Shown here: one piece after another, positions 36,418-46,467 of the stretch
Layout: each line of letters opens with the position of its first letter
Numbering within the stretch: position 1 is the first letter of the stretch
NCBI GenBank assembly: GCA_043806835.1
Contig: JAZDGQ010000007.1
Coordinates: 2,831 to 66,830 of the forward strand
Source of the DNA: Pseudomonadota bacterium
Lineage (GTDB): Bacteria; Pseudomonadota; Alphaproteobacteria; Micavibrionales; UBA2020
Reading direction: 5' to 3'
DNA length: 64,000 nt
Position numbers and translations under genes: made by a program
The notes under the pieces: generated by a model
What the model saw: only the letters and a program-made list of their open reading frames with translations
What the model was told of the DNA's origin: nothing
The model's database searches: none

Positions 36418-37587
36418 ATGTCCTTGCCTCATCTCCCTCCCCATGCCTCCGCGCTGCTGGCGCTCGCAGACGGAACGGTATTCTGGGGAAAGGGCGTCGG
36501 GGCGGAAGGCGTCACCGGCGGCGAAGTTTGCTTCAACACCTCCATGACCGGATACCAGGAAGCCCTGACCGACCCTTCCTACGCAGGGCAGATCATCACA
36601 TTCACCTTCCCGCATATCGGCAATACCGGTGCGAACGACCGTGACAATGAATCGGCCAGACCCTTCGTGAAAGGACTGATCCTCCGCACCGGCATCACAG
36701 CCCCCTCCAACCACCGGTCGGAACAGCCTTTCGACCTCTGGCTGAAGGAACGCAAACTGACGGGCATCTGCGGGATCGACACGCGGGCGCTGACGCGGCG
36801 TCTGCGCGATCACGGCGCGCAAAACGGCGTGATCTGCTTTTCTTCCGGACGGAAATTCAATCCGGAAGAACTTACCGCGCAGGCCAAAAACTGGCCGGGC
36901 ATGGACGGGATCGACATCGCCAGAACCGTTTCGACCGGAAAAATCTATCAGTGGCACGAACAGCCCTCCCCGGTAAAAGGCCATGTCGTCGTCCTCGACT
37001 ACGGCGTCAAGCGCAGCATCCTGCACTGCCTCGCCGCAGAGGGGCTCAGGCTGACGGTCGTTCCCTGCACCACGCCCGCCGACGAAATTCTGACGCTGCG
37101 CCCGGACGGGATATTCCTTTCCAACGGCCCCGGCGATCCGGCGGCCACCGGCGTTTACGCCGTCCCCGCTATCCGGAAACTCCTGGAATCCGGGCTGCCC
37201 CTGTTCGGCATCTGCCTCGGCCATCAGCTTCTGGCGCTGGCGCTCGGCGGCAGGACGGCCAAGCTTCCATTCGGTCATCGCGGCGCCAATCATCCGGTCA
37301 AAAATCTGGAGACCGGAAAGATAGAGATCACCAGCCAGAATCACGGCTTCCACGTCCTTCCCGCCAGTCTTCCGGACACCGTCGAGATCACGCACACAAG
37401 CCTGTTCGACGGCACGAACGAGGGTCTCCGCCTGAAGGGACGCCCGGTCTTTTCCGTGCAGTACCACCCGGAAGCCTCTCCGGGGCCGCAGGACAGCCGT
37501 CCCCTTTTCGGGCAATTCAGCCGGTACATCGCGGACGTCATGGATTTTCAGGAGGGGAAGCACGCATGCCGAAACGCACCGACATAA
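36418..37587 (+). CDS. carA: carbamoyl-phosphate synthase small (glutaminase) subunit
   Basis: ATG 36418. Motifs [30 protein letters not shown] (catalytic Cys) and [12 protein letters not shown]. Confidence 0.9.
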   Translation: MSLPHLPPHASALLALADGTVFWGKGVGAEGVTGGEVCFNTSMTGYQEALTDPSYAGQIITFTFPHIGNTGANDRDNESARPFVKGLILRTGITAPSNHRSEQPFDLWLKERKLTGICGIDTRALTRRLRDHGAQNGVICFSSGRKFNPEELTAQAKNWPGMDGIDIARTVSTGKIYQWHEQPSPVKGHVVVLDYGVKRSILHCLAAEGLRLTVVPCTTPADEILTLRPDGIFLSNGPGDPAATGVYAVPAIRKLLESGLPLFGICLGHQLLALALGGRTAKLPFGHRGANHPVKNLETGKIEITSQNHGFHVLPASLPDTVEITHTSLFDGTNEGLRLKGRPVFSVQYHPEASPGPQDSRPLFGQFSRYIADVMDFQEGKHACRNAPT

Positions 37588-40500
37588 AATCCATCGTCAT
37601 CATCGGCGCGGGCCCCATCATCATCGGCCAGGCCTGCGAATTCGACTACTCCGGAACGCAGGCCTGCAAGGCTCTGAAGGACGAGGGATACCGGGTGATC
37701 CTCGTCAATTCCAACCCCGCCACCATCATGACCGATCCGGACTTCGCCGACGCGACCTACATCGAGCCCCTCACGCCGGAAATTGTGGCGAAGATACTCG
37801 AAAAAGAGAGGCCGGACGCGCTCCTGCCCACGATGGGCGGGCAGACGGCGCTCAATATCGCGCTGGCGCTGAGCACGGACGGCACGCTGGACAGGCTCGG
37901 CATCGAGCTGATCGGCGCAAAGAAAGAGGCCATAGAGCTGGCCGAAGACCGCGAACTCTTCAGGGAGACCATGAAGAAACTCGGTCTGGAATGCCCGAAG
38001 AGCAAGGCGGCGAAAAGTCTCTCTGCGGCGCTGGAGGCCCTGGAGCTCACGGGACTTCCCGCGATCATCCGCCCCTCTTTCACGCTCGGCGGCACCGGCG
38101 GGGGGATCGCCTATAACCGCGACGAATTCGAATCCATCGTCAAATCCGGCCTGCAGGCCTCTCCCGCCCGGCAGATCCTCGTCGAGGAATCCGTCATCGG
38201 CTGGACAGAGTACGAGATGGAGGTCATGCGCGACAAGGACGTCAACTGCATCGTCGTCTGCTCCATCGAGACCATCGACCCGATGGGCATCCACACGGGC
38301 GACAGCGTCACCGTCGCGCCCGCGCTCACCCTCACCGACAAGGAATATCAGGCGATGAGGAACGCCTCGATGTCCATCCTGCGCGGGATCGGCGTCGAAA
38401 CCGGCGGCTCCAACGTGCAGTTCGCCGTCAATCCCGCCAACGGGCAGATCGTCGTCATCGAAATGAACCCCCGCGTCAGCCGCTCCTCCGCGCTGGCCTC
38501 CAAGGCCGTCGGCTTCCCTATCGCGAAAGTGGCGGCGAAACTGGCCGTCGGATACACGCTCGACGAACTGCAGAACGACATTACCGGCGCGACCCCCGCC
38601 TCCTTCGAACCCTCCATCGATTACGTCGTCACGAAAATCCCGCGCTTCAACTTCGAGAAGTTCCCGGGCACCGAGGAACGCCTGACCACCTCCATGAAAT
38701 CCGTCGGGGAGGTGATGGCGATAGGCCGCACGTTCGAGGAATCCCTGCAGAAGGCGCTCTGCTCGCTGGAAACCGGGCTGACAGGGCTGAAGGAGATGAA
38801 CCTCGTCCCGGAGGGCAAGGAATTCCATCCACAGTATATTCTGGCAGCCCTGTCCCAGCCGCGCCCGGACCGCATTCTCGTGATCGCGCAGGCACTCCGC
38901 CACGGCTTCTCGACAGAAGAAATACATGACGCCAGCAAGTTCGACCGATGGTTTCTGGAGCGCATCCAGACCCTCGTCGTTCACGAGGAGAAGCTGAAGG
39001 AAAAGGGTCTTCCGAAAACTTACTATGACTGGATGGAAACCAAGCAACTTGGATTCTCTGACGCGCGCATCGGGGAACTCACGCACAAGAGCGAACGGGA
39101 TGTTGCCGGGCATCGGCGCAAGGCGGGCGCAACCCCCGTTTTCAAGCGCGTGGACACCTGCGCGGGCGAATTCGCCTCCAACACGGCCTATATGTATTCG
39201 ACGTATGAGTTTCCCTGTGTGTCTCCCCGGCAGGCTACCCCTCATCCTAACCTTCTCCCGCAAGGGGAGAAGGGACAGAAAGCCTCTTCTCCCTCTCCCC
39301 TCGCGGGAGAGGGGCGGGGTGAGGGGGATTCTTCCGACGAATGCCGCCCCTCCGCGAACAAAAAAGCGATCATCATCGGCTCCGGCCCCAACCGCATCGG
39401 CCAGGGGATCGAGTTCGATTACTGCTGCGTCCATGCCTCCTTCGCACTGCGCGAAAAAGGCATCGAAAGCATCATGATCAACTGCAATCCGGAAACGGTG
39501 TCCACCGACTACGACACATCCGACCGGCTTTACTTCGAACCCATCACCGCCGAAAAGGTGCTGGACATCATCCATGCCGAACAGGCGAACGGCGATATGC
39601 TCGGCGTCATCGTGCAGTTCGGCGGCCAGACCCCTCTCAAGCTCTGCCGGGAGCTTGAAGACGCGGGCGTCAAAATCCTCGGCACCAGCCCCGACGCCAT
39701 CGACCTCGCCGAGGACCGGGAACGCTTTTCAGAACTGATCCGCAAAATAAAGCTGAAACAGCCCGTCAACGGCGTCGCCCTCACCGCCGGGGAAGCGGAG
39801 GAGATCGCCGCAAAGATAGGCTTTCCCATCGTGCTCCGCCCCTCCTACGTCCTCGGCGGGCGCGGAATGGAAATCGTCCATGACATGCAGGCGCTCAGGC
39901 GCTACATCAAAACCGCCATACAGGTTTCCGGCGCGACCCCGCTGCTCATCGACCAATACCTGCAAAACTGCATCGAGGTGGACGTCGATGCGCTCTGCGA
40001 CGGCAAGGACGTCTTCATCGCCGGAGTGATGGAGCATATCGAGGAGGCGGGCATCCATTCCGGGGACAGCACCTGCTCGCTGCCACCCTATTCGCTGCGC
40101 CCGGAGATCGTCACCGGCCTGAGGGAACAGACGGCGGCGCTGGCCAGGGCGCTGAACGTCGTAGGGCTGATGAACGTGCAGTTCGCCGTCAGGCAGAGCC
40201 GCGACCCGTCCAATCTCGACCATTACGAAATCTACGTTCTGGAGGTCAATCCGCGCGCCTCGCGCACGGTGCCCTTTGTGGCGAAAGCGACGGGTCTTCC
40301 CGTGGTCAGGGCCGCGACGCGCCTGATGACCGGCGAGAAAATTCCGGAGCTTCTCTCCGGAGGCGTGCTTCATCACCGGACATTCAGCCATGTGGCGGTG
40401 AAAGCCCCCGTCTTTCCCTTCGAACGCTTTCCGAAGGTGGACGTCATCCTGGGTCCCGAAATGAAATCGACCGGAGAGGTCATGGGAATCGACCGGGACT

Positions 40501-40958
40501 TCCGCCGCGCCCTCGCCAAGGCCCGCATCGGGGCGGACTCCAAACTCCCCCTTTCCGGCACTGTCTTTATTTCCGTCAGGGATTCTGACAAAAATGCGAT
40601 TATCCCGCTGGCCGCACGGCTTTCCGATATGGGCTTCAGGATCGTCGCCACCGGCGGCACCGCCAGACATCTCGTGGAGGCCGGAATCCGCGCCCATAAG
40701 GTCAACAAGGTGCACGAAGGCCAGCCCCATGTCGTGGACGCCATGATAAACGGGGACATAGATCTGATGCTGAACACGACCGAAGGCCCGCAGGCTGTCG
40801 CTGACAGCTTTAACTTGCGTCGGGCGGCATTGCAGAATAAAATAACTTACTACACGACGATCTCCGGTGCCAAAGCGGCTGTCGATGCGATAGTGGCTTT
40901 GAGGCAGACGGAGCCTTTCGATGTGAAAACGCTGCAAGAATATTTGAAGACAGCGTAG
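37566..40958 (+). CDS. carB: carbamoyl-phosphate synthase large subunit (carries a 43-codon in-frame insertion)
   Basis: [37 protein letters not shown], with the second-half repeat [23 protein letters not shown]. 1130 aa. 22-bp overlap with carA. Confidence 0.92.
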   Translation: MPKRTDIKSIVIIGAGPIIIGQACEFDYSGTQACKALKDEGYRVILVNSNPATIMTDPDFADATYIEPLTPEIVAKILEKERPDALLPTMGGQTALNIALALSTDGTLDRLGIELIGAKKEAIELAEDRELFRETMKKLGLECPKSKAAKSLSAALEALELTGLPAIIRPSFTLGGTGGGIAYNRDEFESIVKSGLQASPARQILVEESVIGWTEYEMEVMRDKDVNCIVVCSIETIDPMGIHTGDSVTVAPALTLTDKEYQAMRNASMSILRGIGVETGGSNVQFAVNPANGQIVVIEMNPRVSRSSALASKAVGFPIAKVAAKLAVGYTLDELQNDITGATPASFEPSIDYVVTKIPRFNFEKFPGTEERLTTSMKSVGEVMAIGRTFEESLQKALCSLETGLTGLKEMNLVPEGKEFHPQYILAALSQPRPDRILVIAQALRHGFSTEEIHDASKFDRWFLERIQTLVVHEEKLKEKGLPKTYYDWMETKQLGFSDARIGELTHKSERDVAGHRRKAGATPVFKRVDTCAGEFASNTAYMYSTYEFPCVSPRQATPHPNLLPQGEKGQKASSPSPLAGEGRGEGDSSDECRPSANKKAIIIGSGPNRIGQGIEFDYCCVHASFALREKGIESIMINCNPETVSTDYDTSDRLYFEPITAEKVLDIIHAEQANGDMLGVIVQFGGQTPLKLCRELEDAGVKILGTSPDAIDLAEDRERFSELIRKIKLKQPVNGVALTAGEAEEIAAKIGFPIVLRPSYVLGGRGMEIVHDMQALRRYIKTAIQVSGATPLLIDQYLQNCIEVDVDALCDGKDVFIAGVMEHIEEAGIHSGDSTCSLPPYSLRPEIVTGLREQTAALARALNVVGLMNVQFAVRQSRDPSNLDHYEIYVLEVNPRASRTVPFVAKATGLPVVRAATRLMTGEKIPELLSGGVLHHRTFSHVAVKAPVFPFERFPKVDVILGPEMKSTGEVMGIDRDFRRALAKARIGADSKLPLSGTVFISVRDSDKNAIIPLAARLSDMGFRIVATGGTARHLVEAGIRAHKVNKVHEGQPHVVDAMINGDIDLMLNTTEGPQAVADSFNLRRAALQNKITYYTTISGAKAAVDAIVALRQTEPFDVKTLQEYLKTA
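39210..39338. repeat. nested palindromic repeat element inserted in frame in carB
   Basis: CCTTCTCCC-gcaa-(G)GGGAGAAGG (39251-39273), CTCTCCC-ctcgc-GGGAGAG (39293-39311), and outer arms CCCCTCA/TGAGGGG. Translates as ...[13 protein letters not shown]...[13 protein letters not shown]..., between the conserved YSTYE and ECRPS...[16 protein letters not shown]. Confidence 0.6.
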
Positions 40959-40977
40959 CAAACCAAGGGTTCTTAAG

Positions 40978-41454
40978 ATGGCAGCAAAAGTACCGATAAC
41001 CCTGGCTGGCTTTGACCAGCTTCAGGAAGAGATAAGAATTCTTAAAACCGTCGACCGCCCCGCCGTGATACAGGCGATTTCGGACGCACGCGATCATGGC
41101 GATTTGTCAGAGAATGCGGAATACCACGCCGCCCGCGAACGCCAGAGCTTCATCGAGGGCCGCCTGGGCGAACTGGAAGGCAACCTCTCCAGAATTGACG
41201 TCATCGACCCCTCGAAAATGTCAGGAAATATCATCCGTTTCGGCGCAACGGTGAAAATCACGGACGAAGATTCCCGGGAGGAGCACATCTATCAGATCGT
41301 CGGGGAATACGAAGCCAGTTTTGAAAACGGCAAGCTGGCCTTCACCGCGCCTCTCTCCCGCGCCCTGATCGGAAAAACCGTCGGCGACACGGTCGAAGTG
41401 AAAACCCCGAAAGGGGTCAAGACTTACGAAGTGCTGAACGTGGCCTACAAGTAG
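40978..41454 (+). CDS. greA: transcription elongation factor GreA
   Basis: ISDARDHGDLSENAEYHAARERQSFIEGRLGELE. Length 158 aa. Confidence 0.92.
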   Translation: MAAKVPITLAGFDQLQEEIRILKTVDRPAVIQAISDARDHGDLSENAEYHAARERQSFIEGRLGELEGNLSRIDVIDPSKMSGNIIRFGATVKITDEDSREEHIYQIVGEYEASFENGKLAFTAPLSRALIGKTVGDTVEVKTPKGVKTYEVLNVAYK

Positions 41455-41460
41455 GCCGGA

Positions 41461-41510
41461 AGCCGGAAATCAGAAGCCGGAAATCAGATATTCTCTGACT
41501 TCCGGCTTCA
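41461..41510. terminator. bidirectional hairpin terminator between greA and the HU gene, containing a 14-bp tandem duplication
   Basis: AGCCGGAAATCAGA is repeated exactly at 41461-74 and 41475-88. The arm GAAGCCGGAAATCAGA pairs with TCTGACTTCCGGCTTC (41494-41509). Confidence 0.55.
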
Positions 41511-41526
41511 GGATTCAGCGTTCTGA

Positions 41527-41835
41527 TTATTTGCCGACCGCTTCTTTCAGTTCTTTGGAAGCGCGGAAGGCGATCTTCTTTTTCGCGGGGATTTTGATCG
41601 CTTCGCCGGTTGCGGGGTTGCGGCCCATGCGGGCGGCGCGTTTGCGGACTTGCAGGATGCCGAGGCCGGCCATGCGGACGCGGTTGCCTTTTTTCAGGTT
41701 CTTGACGAGGGAGGCGACAAGGTCGTCCAGAATGGTGTTCATCGCTTTTTTGGTCATCGAATGCTTTTCAGCAAGATCCGTGCCAATGTTTTTCAGGGTG
41801 ACGGTTGGTGCCGCTGGTGTTGTCGATTTTGCCAT
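41527..41835 (-). CDS. HU-family DNA-binding protein with short N-terminal extension
   Basis: ...MTKKAMNTILDDLVASLVKNLKKGNRVRMAGLGILQVRKRAARMGRNPATGEAIKIPAKKKIAFRASKELKEAV shows the HU/IHF fold signature. Start taken at ATG 41835. Confidence 0.85.
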   Translation of the reverse strand: MAKSTTPAAPTVTLKNIGTDLAEKHSMTKKAMNTILDDLVASLVKNLKKGNRVRMAGLGILQVRKRAARMGRNPATGEAIKIPAKKKIAFRASKELKEAVGK

Positions 41836-42038
41836 TTTTTGAACTCTCACTTGTTAAGTTAGGCGGTTGAACATCGGCGCTCAAAATGCGCGGGTTATGC
41901 CTTTAAAATCAGCCGTCCCCAGAATCACACCTCGAATTCGCCCATATATGATTCATGACAGATTCACAGGGGCGCGCAACAACAATTTTGTAAAAAAACG
42001 CCCTTTTAGGCTGTTTTTTCATTATTTATCCCCAAAAA

Positions 42039-43640
42039 TTACTCTTTCAGGGCTTCCTGCACGAATTCTCCGACCTTGTCGAGCGCCACGCGCTCCTGCG
42101 CCATCGTATCGCGGAAGCGAATCGTCGCCGCCTGATCCTTCGGGGTATCCGTATCCACGGTGATGCAGAACGGCGTGCCGATTTCGTCATGGCGGGCGTA
42201 GCGCTTGCCGATGTTCGACTTCGCGTCGTACTCGGTCATGAACTTCGCGCGCATGGAATAATACAGCTTCTGCGCGATTTCCGGCAGGCCGTCCTTGTTC
42301 ACCAAAGGCAGCACCGCCGCCTTCACCGGGGCCATGCTCGGCTTGAATTTCAGGTACATCTTGCTCGGGCGCGACGGATCGGCGGTATAGGCCTCCGCCA
42401 GAAGCGCCAGCACGCCCCGCGTCAGACCGGCGGCGGGTTCGATGACGTGCGGGAGAAACCGGCGCGGCGGCTGGACGGAATCATCGAAGTATTCCATTTT
42501 CTTGCCGGAATATTTTTCGTGCTGGGTCAGGTCAAAGTCGCAGCGGTGCGCGACGCCTTCCAGCTCGCCAAAGCCGGGCGCGGTGAACGGGAACCGGTAT
42601 TCGATGTCAACCGTTCCCACCCCCGCTTTCGCGTAGTGGGACAATTCGTCGCGTTCATGCTGGCGGAGTTGCAGGTTATTGGGGGAAACGCCGACGGCCT
42701 CCCACCATTTTTTGCGCGTGTCCTTCCAGAAATCGAACCACAGCCGGGCTTCGTCCGGGTGGCAGAACCACTCCATTTCCATCTGCTCGAACTCCCGCGA
42801 GCGGTAGATGAAGTTGCGCGGCGTCACCTCGTTGCGGAACGCCTTGCCGATCTGCGCGATGCCGAACGGCACACGGACGCGCATGCTGTCGAGGACGTTC
42901 TTATGATTGGTGAAGCACCCCTGCGCCGTTTCGGGGCGGAGGTAGGCGATGTCGGCTTCCGTTGCCGTCGCGCCGACGTAGGTTTTAAACATCAGGTTGA
43001 AGGCGCGGGGGTTGGTCAATGTGCCGGGTTTACTTGAACCCGGAGCCCAAACCTTTCCCAAATTTTCGTTGGAAATTTGGGAAACCATTTGTGTCCAATC
43101 GCCGTCTTTGAATGTCAGGTTATTCTTTTTGATAATCTTCCTATGTGCGTCTTCTAATTCCTCCAAGTTTTGGGCGGACAGCAAAAATTCTTCTTTAGAA
43201 AAAACTTCTTCGACATGCTTAATAAAGGCTGCCATTTCCTGATTCGAATTAACCTGCTTAGGAAAAGCCTTCGTAATCTCCTCTGGAAAGAAAACTTTTA
43301 GATGATCGGCTCTATACCGCAATTTAGTTTCCTTGCAATCCACCATCGGGTCGCTGAAGCCCGCGACGTGTCCCGACGCCTCCCATACCTTCGGGTTCTG
43401 GATGATGGCGGAATCGAGGCCGACGATCTGCAAAGGCTCCCCGTCCGGGCCGATGGGGGGGGCGATCACCATGTCGTTCCACCAGCGATCCCGCAGGTTG
43501 TTTTTCAGGAGCACGCCGAGCGGCCCGAAATCCCAGAAGCCGTTGATGCCTTCATAAATATCCGAGGCGGGAAAGATGAATCCCCGCCGCTTGCACAGAG
43601 CCACCAGTTCGTCCATCGAAACCTTTTCGGGGGTGTCCAT
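42039..43640 (-). CDS. glyQS: glycine--tRNA ligase, single-chain dimeric (GlyQS) type
   Basis: LCKRRGFIFPASDIYEGINGFWDFGPLG and class II motifs (FRNEVTPRNFIYRSREFEQMEMEWF; PHVIEPAAGLTRG). Start at ATG 43640, with GTG 43664 as the alternative. Confidence 0.85.
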   Translation of the reverse strand: MDTPEKVSMDELVALCKRRGFIFPASDIYEGINGFWDFGPLGVLLKNNLRDRWWNDMVIAPPIGPDGEPLQIVGLDSAIIQNPKVWEASGHVAGFSDPMVDCKETKLRYRADHLKVFFPEEITKAFPKQVNSNQEMAAFIKHVEEVFSKEEFLLSAQNLEELEDAHRKIIKKNNLTFKDGDWTQMVSQISNENLGKVWAPGSSKPGTLTNPRAFNLMFKTYVGATATEADIAYLRPETAQGCFTNHKNVLDSMRVRVPFGIAQIGKAFRNEVTPRNFIYRSREFEQMEMEWFCHPDEARLWFDFWKDTRKKWWEAVGVSPNNLQLRQHERDELSHYAKAGVGTVDIEYRFPFTAPGFGELEGVAHRCDFDLTQHEKYSGKKMEYFDDSVQPPRRFLPHVIEPAAGLTRGVLALLAEAYTADPSRPSKMYLKFKPSMAPVKAAVLPLVNKDGLPEIAQKLYYSMRAKFMTEYDAKSNIGKRYARHDEIGTPFCITVDTDTPKDQAATIRFRDTMAQERVALDKVGEFVQEALKE

Positions 43641-43753
43641 TTTTTCCTGTTCCACAGCCTGCACGTTGCCCTTTTTTCAGCTATTATCTTGATTGAAGCT
43701 GTTAAATGCTATAGCATTGCGCCCAGTTTCACAACATACATAATGGAGCCCCA

Positions 43754-46405
43754 ATGGCGGCAAATCTGACGGCTCAAACGGAGCCGGAACATCCGAAATG
43801 GGTCTACAGCTTCGGACGGGGGCTGTGCGAGGGCGACGCCTCCCGGAAAAACCTGCTCGGCGGCAAGGGCGCCAACCTCGCGGAGATGAGCCGCATCGGC
43901 CTTCCCGTCCCTCCCGGATTTATATTGTCCACCGAAGTCTGCACCTTTTTCTACCGGAACAACAATACCTATCCCGCCGACATCGAACTTCAGGCGGTTG
44001 CGGGTCTGAAGCAAATCGAAAAGGAAACCGGGATGCTTTTCGGAGATGCCGGAAAACCTCTGCTGCTGGCCGTCCGTTCCGGCGCGCGGGTCTCCATGCC
44101 GGGGATGATGGATACGATTCTGAATATCGGCCTGAACGACGCGACCGTCGCGGGACTTGCCGCGTTCAGCAACAACGAGCGATTCGCTTTTGACTGCTAC
44201 CGCCGCCTGATCCAGATGTACGGCGACGTCGTGATGGGGGTCGGTCACGACCGTTTCGAGGATATTCTCGACACCTATAAACGCCGCAACGGCCTGAACG
44301 TCGATACCGATATCGATGCTTCCGGCTGGAAGGAGATCGTCGCACAGTTCAAGGCGGTCGTGCAGAAAGAAACCGGAAAGCCCTTCCCACAGAACCCGCA
44401 GGAGCAGATGTGGGGAGCCATCGGAGCCGTGTTCAACTCATGGATGACCCCCCGCGCCGTCACCTACCGCCGGATCAACGGCATCCCCGAGGACTGGGGA
44501 ACCGCCGTCAGCGTGCAGGCGGTCGTGTTCGGCAACATGGGCGACGACTGCGCCACGGGCGTCGCCTTCACCCGCAACCCCTCCACCGGCGAAAATCTTT
44601 TCTACGGGGAATACCTCGTCAACGCGCAGGGCGAGGACGTGGTGGCGGGCATCCGCACGCCGCTGCCGCTGTCCGACATGAAAAAAACCATGCCGGACGT
44701 TTACAAAGAGCTGGACGCCGTCCGCCTGACGCTCGAAAAACACTACACGGACATGCAGGACATCGAATTCACCATCCAGAGCAAAAAGCTGTATATGCTG
44801 CAAACCCGCACCGGCAAGCGCACCGCGCACGCCGCGCTGCGCGTCGCGGTGGAGATGGTGACGGAAGGACTGATTACGAAGGAGCAGGCCATCCTCCGCG
44901 TTCCGCCGGCCTCCCTCGATCAGATGCTCCACCCGACCATCGACCCCAGGGCGGCGAAGGCCGTTCTCGCCCACGGGCTTCCCGCCTCTCCCGGCGCGGC
45001 GACAGGCGCGATCACGTTCGACCCCGACGAAGCCGAGAAACTGGCCGCCGACGGAAAAAAAGTGATTCTCTGCCGCACCGAAACCAGCCCGGAGGACATT
45101 CACGGGATGCACGCGGCGAAAGGCATCCTGACGTCGCGCGGCGGGATGACCAGCCACGCGGCTGTCGTCGCGCGCGGCATGGGGAAACCCTGCGTCGCCG
45201 GAGCCGGAGACGTCATGATCGATTACAGGGCGCAAACCCTGACGGCGAACGGAAAGACCCTGAAGCCCGGAGATAAAATCACGATCGACGGCTCCACCGG
45301 AGAAATCATCCTCGGCGAAGTCGGCATGCTCCAGCCCGCCATGACGGAGCACTTCTCAACTCTGATGCAATGGGCGGACAACGTGCGCCGCCTCAAGGTG
45401 CGCGCCAACGCCGAAACCGCGCTCGACGCCGAAACCGCCCGCAAATTCGGGGCGGAGGGCATCGGCCTGTGCCGGACGGAGCACATGTTCTTCGACCCGT
45501 CCCGCATCCTGTATGTGCGCCAGATGATTCTGGCGGAAACGCCGGAGGAACGAAGCAAAGCTTTAGACAAGATCGAGCCGTTCCAGCGGGAGGATTTCAT
45601 CAGGCTGTTCAAGATCATGAACGGTCTGCCGGTGACCATCCGCCTGCTCGATCCGCCGCTGCACGAATTCCTGCCGCATGAGTCCCCTGAAATCCGGGAA
45701 CTGGCGGAAGCCCTGTCGCTCCCCGTCGAAAAAGTCCATCAGCGCATCAACCGCCTCCACGAAGCCAACCCGATGCTGGGACTTCGCGGGGCGCGGCTCG
45801 GGATCGTCTATCCCGAAATCTACGAAACGCAGATCCGGGCGATTTTCGAGGCCGCCCTCGCCGTCAAGAAAAAGACCGGCGACACCGTCCTCCTTGAAAT
45901 CATGGTGCCCCTCATCAGCACGAAAAAGGAAATGGACATCCTGAAGGACATGATCGACAAGATCGCCGCTTCCATGGAAAAAACGGATTACATCGTCGGC
46001 ACGATGATAGAACTGCCAAGGGCGGCGCTACAGGCGGGAGCTATTGCGGAGACCGCCAGGTTCTTCAGCTTCGGCACCAACGACCTGACGCAGACCACCT
46101 TCGGCATCAGCCGCGACGACGCCGGCTCCTTCCTGCCCGACTACCAGAAGCGCGGCATCTTCGCCGCCGACCCTTTCGCCTCCATCGACATAGACGGCGT
46201 GGGCGAACTCGTCAAAATCGCGGTGGAGCGCGGGCGCAAGACCCGCAAAGACCTCAAGGTCGGCATCTGCGGAGAGCACGGCGGAGACCCCGCCTCCATC
46301 ATGTTCTTCGAAAAAGCCGGACTGGATTACGTTTCCTGCTCGCCCTACCGCGTGCCGATCGCGCGGCTGGCGGCGGCGCAGGCGGCGTTGATGAAAAACA
46401 CCTGA
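43754..46405 (+). CDS. ppdK: pyruvate, phosphate dikinase
   Basis: KWVYSFG...LLGGKGANLAEMSRIGLPVPPGF, the phospho-His motif GGMTSHAAVVARGMG, and GLCRTEHMF. Length 883 aa. Confidence 0.92.
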   Translation: MAANLTAQTEPEHPKWVYSFGRGLCEGDASRKNLLGGKGANLAEMSRIGLPVPPGFILSTEVCTFFYRNNNTYPADIELQAVAGLKQIEKETGMLFGDAGKPLLLAVRSGARVSMPGMMDTILNIGLNDATVAGLAAFSNNERFAFDCYRRLIQMYGDVVMGVGHDRFEDILDTYKRRNGLNVDTDIDASGWKEIVAQFKAVVQKETGKPFPQNPQEQMWGAIGAVFNSWMTPRAVTYRRINGIPEDWGTAVSVQAVVFGNMGDDCATGVAFTRNPSTGENLFYGEYLVNAQGEDVVAGIRTPLPLSDMKKTMPDVYKELDAVRLTLEKHYTDMQDIEFTIQSKKLYMLQTRTGKRTAHAALRVAVEMVTEGLITKEQAILRVPPASLDQMLHPTIDPRAAKAVLAHGLPASPGAATGAITFDPDEAEKLAADGKKVILCRTETSPEDIHGMHAAKGILTSRGGMTSHAAVVARGMGKPCVAGAGDVMIDYRAQTLTANGKTLKPGDKITIDGSTGEIILGEVGMLQPAMTEHFSTLMQWADNVRRLKVRANAETALDAETARKFGAEGIGLCRTEHMFFDPSRILYVRQMILAETPEERSKALDKIEPFQREDFIRLFKIMNGLPVTIRLLDPPLHEFLPHESPEIRELAEALSLPVEKVHQRINRLHEANPMLGLRGARLGIVYPEIYETQIRAIFEAALAVKKKTGDTVLLEIMVPLISTKKEMDILKDMIDKIAASMEKTDYIVGTMIELPRAALQAGAIAETARFFSFGTNDLTQTTFGISRDDAGSFLPDYQKRGIFAADPFASIDIDGVGELVKIAVERGRKTRKDLKVGICGEHGGDPASIMFFEKAGLDYVSCSPYRVPIARLAAAQAALMKNT

Positions 46406-46409
46406 CTGT

Positions 46410-46449
46410 CCATTTCCCTTCTCCCATTGTGGGAGAGGGGGAAGATGGG
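46410..46449. repeat. imperfect 40-bp palindrome after ppdK (related to the carB insert; possible terminator/REP)
   Basis: CCATTTCCCTTCTCCC-attgt-GGGAGAGGGGGAAGATGG begins 5 nt after the ppdK TGA. It has the same CTCTCCC/GGGAGAG core as the 39293-39311 hairpin. Confidence 0.45.
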
Positions 46450-46467
46450 CTAAAAGAGAGGCAAAGT

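Noticed and set aside
36358-39575. Long minus-strand ORFs (401 aa and 675 aa) opposite carA and carB. Similar long antisense ORFs occur at 49329-50753, 59549-60967, 61392-62822 and 62829-63998.
   Set aside because: All mirror strongly conserved genes on the other strand. Their translations are Arg/Gly/Asp/His-rich with no motifs. They are artefacts of GC-rich codon usage.
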